A DNA stretch of 63,245 bases, counting the filler, from Pseudomonadota bacterium (lineage in GTDB: Bacteria > Bdellovibrionota_F > JAHFAK01 > JBDREC01), in assembly GCA_043820105.1 (NCBI GenBank). It is 4 parts of 4 records of this genome, joined end to end, with 100 filler letters (N's around TTAATTAATTAA, not from the genome) between each part and the next. Parts side by side here need not be neighbours in the genome. Positions count along the whole stretch, not along the records: positions 61,166 to 63,245 come from JBDREC010000112.1; 3 more parts are not named here. One strand, given 5' to 3'. The position numbers and the translations under genes are program-made. Positions 61,222 to 63,245 of this stretch are shown here, one piece after another. Position 1 is the stretch's first letter, and each line of letters begins with the position of its first letter. The notes below the pieces were generated by a model. The model made no database searches, was not told where the DNA came from, and worked only from the letters and a program-made list of their open reading frames with translations.

Positions 61222-62049
61222 TTATTCAAGTTTTATTTCCATTAGCGTATTTTCATCAATAACATAGACCGAGGGATCGGTTTTGTAAATAGTAAAAATT
61301 GGTTCCCTTCCTTTATAAATTGGCTGAAGCGTTCTGCCACCACGGCCGTCAATTTCAATCGCAAAAATTCCATTTTGAACCGCGACAATAATAACATCGC
61401 GTCGCCCCGGGAAAAAATCAACATTTCTGACAGGATAGATAGAATTGAGCACAAGAACTTTGTTTTCGCTTAAAAAATAGGGCCGTGAAGAATCATCTTT
61501 TAACCATTCTACCCAAATTTTATTTTCTCCTGGATTCCACCAAACTTTTTCTCTTTCATGGTTAGTGAATCTTTCTATAGTTGTGGTGGCGTTATGATTT
61601 GTTATTTTTTTAATTTGTTGGAGAGAGTCAATAATGGTTTCGTATTTTTCAATCTCTGAAGGGAATAGATCTTCTTGACGAAGAATTCTGCCCGTGGGTT
61701 CCATCGGAAGTATAAGAGCGCGAGCTTCTGACACCATTTGTTCTTTAACATCCAAATCTTTTTTCCAAGGCCAATATCCTTCTTTGGCAATCAATACAGA
61801 ATAATTGCCTGGTTTGAGATTTTGGAGAAAAAGTCCTGACTGGAGAAGATTGGTCGTTCTTTTTAGTGTGTTATTAACAAAAATTTGCGCGCCGGAAACA
61901 GGCGAGGCAACATATAATCCACCGGTTTGAGTAAGATGAAAATGTGAATCCAGCCGGTAGCCGTTGGAATATAACAACACAAATGGCGCAACTATCAAAA
62001 AAGCCAATACGCATAAAACCAAGATAATCCTTCTTTTTTTCAGAGTCAT
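61222..62049 (-). CDS. PEGA-domain membrane protein, Parcubacteria-type
   Basis: KRR-TM-LYSNGYRL, TGGLYVAS..GAQIFVN, LKPGNYSV.IAKEGY.PWKK. Confidence 0.75.
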   Translation of the reverse strand: MTLKKRRIILVLCVLAFLIVAPFVLLYSNGYRLDSHFHLTQTGGLYVASPVSGAQIFVNNTLKRTTNLLQSGLFLQNLKPGNYSVLIAKEGYWPWKKDLDVKEQMVSEARALILPMEPTGRILRQEDLFPSEIEKYETIIDSLQQIKKITNHNATTTIERFTNHEREKVWWNPGENKIWVEWLKDDSSRPYFLSENKVLVLNSIYPVRNVDFFPGRRDVIIVAVQNGIFAIEIDGRGGRTLQPIYKGREPIFTIYKTDPSVYVIDENTLMEIKLE

Positions 62050-62094
62050 ATTCTTATTTTTGCAAAAAAATCATCAAAAGTAAAGGGTAATTCC

Positions 62095-62130
62095 ATGTCA
62101 ACCTGCCACGTTGACGTGCCACGTTGACAT
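62095..62130 (+). repeat. 36-bp REP-like direct repeat, left copy
   Basis: ATGTCAACCTGCCACGTTGACGTGCCACGTTGACAT. Confidence 0.95.
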
Positions 62131-62139
62131 TGATATAAT
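62111..62139 (+). promoter_or_regulatory. sigma70 promoter overlapping the left repeat
   Basis: TTGACG-N17-TATAAT, ATG 9 bp after the -10 box. Confidence 0.7.
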
Positions 62140-62148
62140 AAATACAAT

Positions 62149-62784
62149 ATGAAAGGGGATATATACCATATATTAAATAGGGGGATAGAAAAAGGTATGA
62201 TATTTTATGAACCCAATGATTATAAAAGATTTATTTCGGGACTTTATAAATTTAATAATCAAGGTCCTGCATTGCGTTTAAGTGATGAATGCTTGTTTGA
62301 TAATTTGCCTGTGCAAAAAAAGATAGTTGAAATTTTGTCTTGGAGTCTGATGCCTAATCATTACCATTTATTATTACAGGAAAAAGTTGATGGTGGCGCC
62401 ATTAATTTTATTAAAAGAATCGGAAATGGGTATACGAAATATTTTAATATCAAAAATAATAGAAGCGGTTATTTGTTTCAGAATTCCGCAAAAATAATTT
62501 TAGTTGAAAGAAATGAACATTTTTTATATTTGCCATTTTATATAAACGCAAATCCGATAGATCTTATTGAGCCGGGGTGGGAAGGGAAAGGGATAAAAAA
62601 TAAAAATAAAGTGCTAGAATTTTTAGAAAAATATCAATGGTCTAGTTATCAAGATCATATTGGGACATTTAATCTTCCGCAGATTATAAATAAAGATTTA
62701 TTTTTTAATATTTTTGATATAAATTCTAATCAATATAAAAAGGATTTTCAAGAATGGTTAGGCAATGTCAACCTGCCACGTTGA
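62149..62784 (+). mobile_element. REP-associated tyrosine transposase (RAYT, Y1/HUH family)
   Basis: YHILNRG, LMPNHYHLLL, YTKYFN, RSGYLFQ, YINANP, YQWSSY. Confidence 0.9.
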
Positions 62785-62800
62785 CGTGCCACGTTGACAT
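62765..62800 (+). repeat. 36-bp REP-like direct repeat, right copy
   Basis: Identical to 62095-62130; supplies the RAYT stop codon. Confidence 0.95.
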
Positions 62801-62829
62801 AAAAAAGCTGGCTATTTAGGCCAGCTTTT
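62801..62829. terminator. Bidirectional intrinsic terminator
   Basis: AAAAAAGCTGGC-loop-GCCAGCTTTT between convergent genes. Confidence 0.75.
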
Positions 62830-62841
62830 AATACTTTCTTT

Positions 62842-63228
62842 TTAGGAAGTTTTTACTGTGTTGGGAAGTTTTTGCGGTGTAAAATTTCCATCTTTTGAGG
62901 ATTTAATTTCTCTTTCTTCTTTAATCATGATGATAAAATAAGTTTCTCCAATTTTCATTTCTGCGAGCGGTAAATCTTTTACAAGCCATTTTTTGCCGGT
63001 ATCAGGATCTTGAATCTCTGCGAGCACATTGCTATAAATGGAATATAATACAAAATCTTTTTCAAGTTTTAATTCATATATAGTTGCAGGCTTGCCCAAG
63101 ATTTCTCCCTTTACGAATGAACTGGTTGCTTTTATTGCGCCAAATAAGGTAATTAATATACAGATTAATAAAAGAAATGATCTTAAGGAACGATTTTTGT
63201 CTATAAGACTGGCAATTCCTAATCCCAA
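62842..63228 (-). CDS. Hypothetical membrane protein, probably cut by window end
   Basis: Hydrophobic segment; frame open toward the edge. Confidence 0.5.
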   Translation of the reverse strand: MGLGIASLIDKNRSLRSFLLLICILITLFGAIKATSSFVKGEILGKPATIYELKLEKDFVLYSIYSNVLAEIQDPDTGKKWLVKDLPLAEMKIGETYFIIMIKEEREIKSSKDGNFTPQKLPNTVKTS

Positions 63229-63245
63229 AAGACAAATTAAATACC

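Noticed and set aside
490-61790. Numerous short antisense or nested ORFs in the track (e.g. 3064-3537, 36012-36422, 37960-38235)
   Set aside because: Shadows of well-supported genes; no RBS or recognisable motifs
62095-62800. 36-bp repeats as a CRISPR array
   Set aside because: Only two copies, separated by a whole gene, and no cas genes

Overview
AT-rich bacterial sequence made of four contigs joined by artificial N-spacers carrying TTAATTAATTAA (29430-29529, 58427-58526, 61066-61165), so gene adjacency across the spacers is not biological. Contigs 1-3 look like a diderm, Deltaproteobacteria/Bdellovibrionota-like organism (inference from gene content). Contig 1 (1-29429) is accessory-rich: RAYT-type Y1 transposase, several gene remnants, orphan secreted proteins with sigma54-like promoters, type IV pilin, cN-II nucleotidase, a eukaryote-like type I protein arginine methyltransferase, a PAS two-component system, a SWIB protein and a LysR gene. 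Contig 2 is mostly housekeeping (prkA-yeaH-spoVR, ftsK, dnaK-dnaJ-larE-rel, grpE, miaB, resB-ccsA-ccsA-hemA, mtnA); contigs 1 and 2 share dispersed 7-mer and 8-mer tandem repeats, and contig 2 has two copies of a 25-bp REP-like palindrome. Contig 3 holds a cobalamin riboswitch ahead of two secreted proteins. Contig 4 looks like CPR/Parcubacteria DNA and carries a RAYT gene bracketed by perfect 36-bp direct repeats. No rRNA, tRNA or CRISPR array was seen. All family assignments come from motif recognition by eye; no searches were run.
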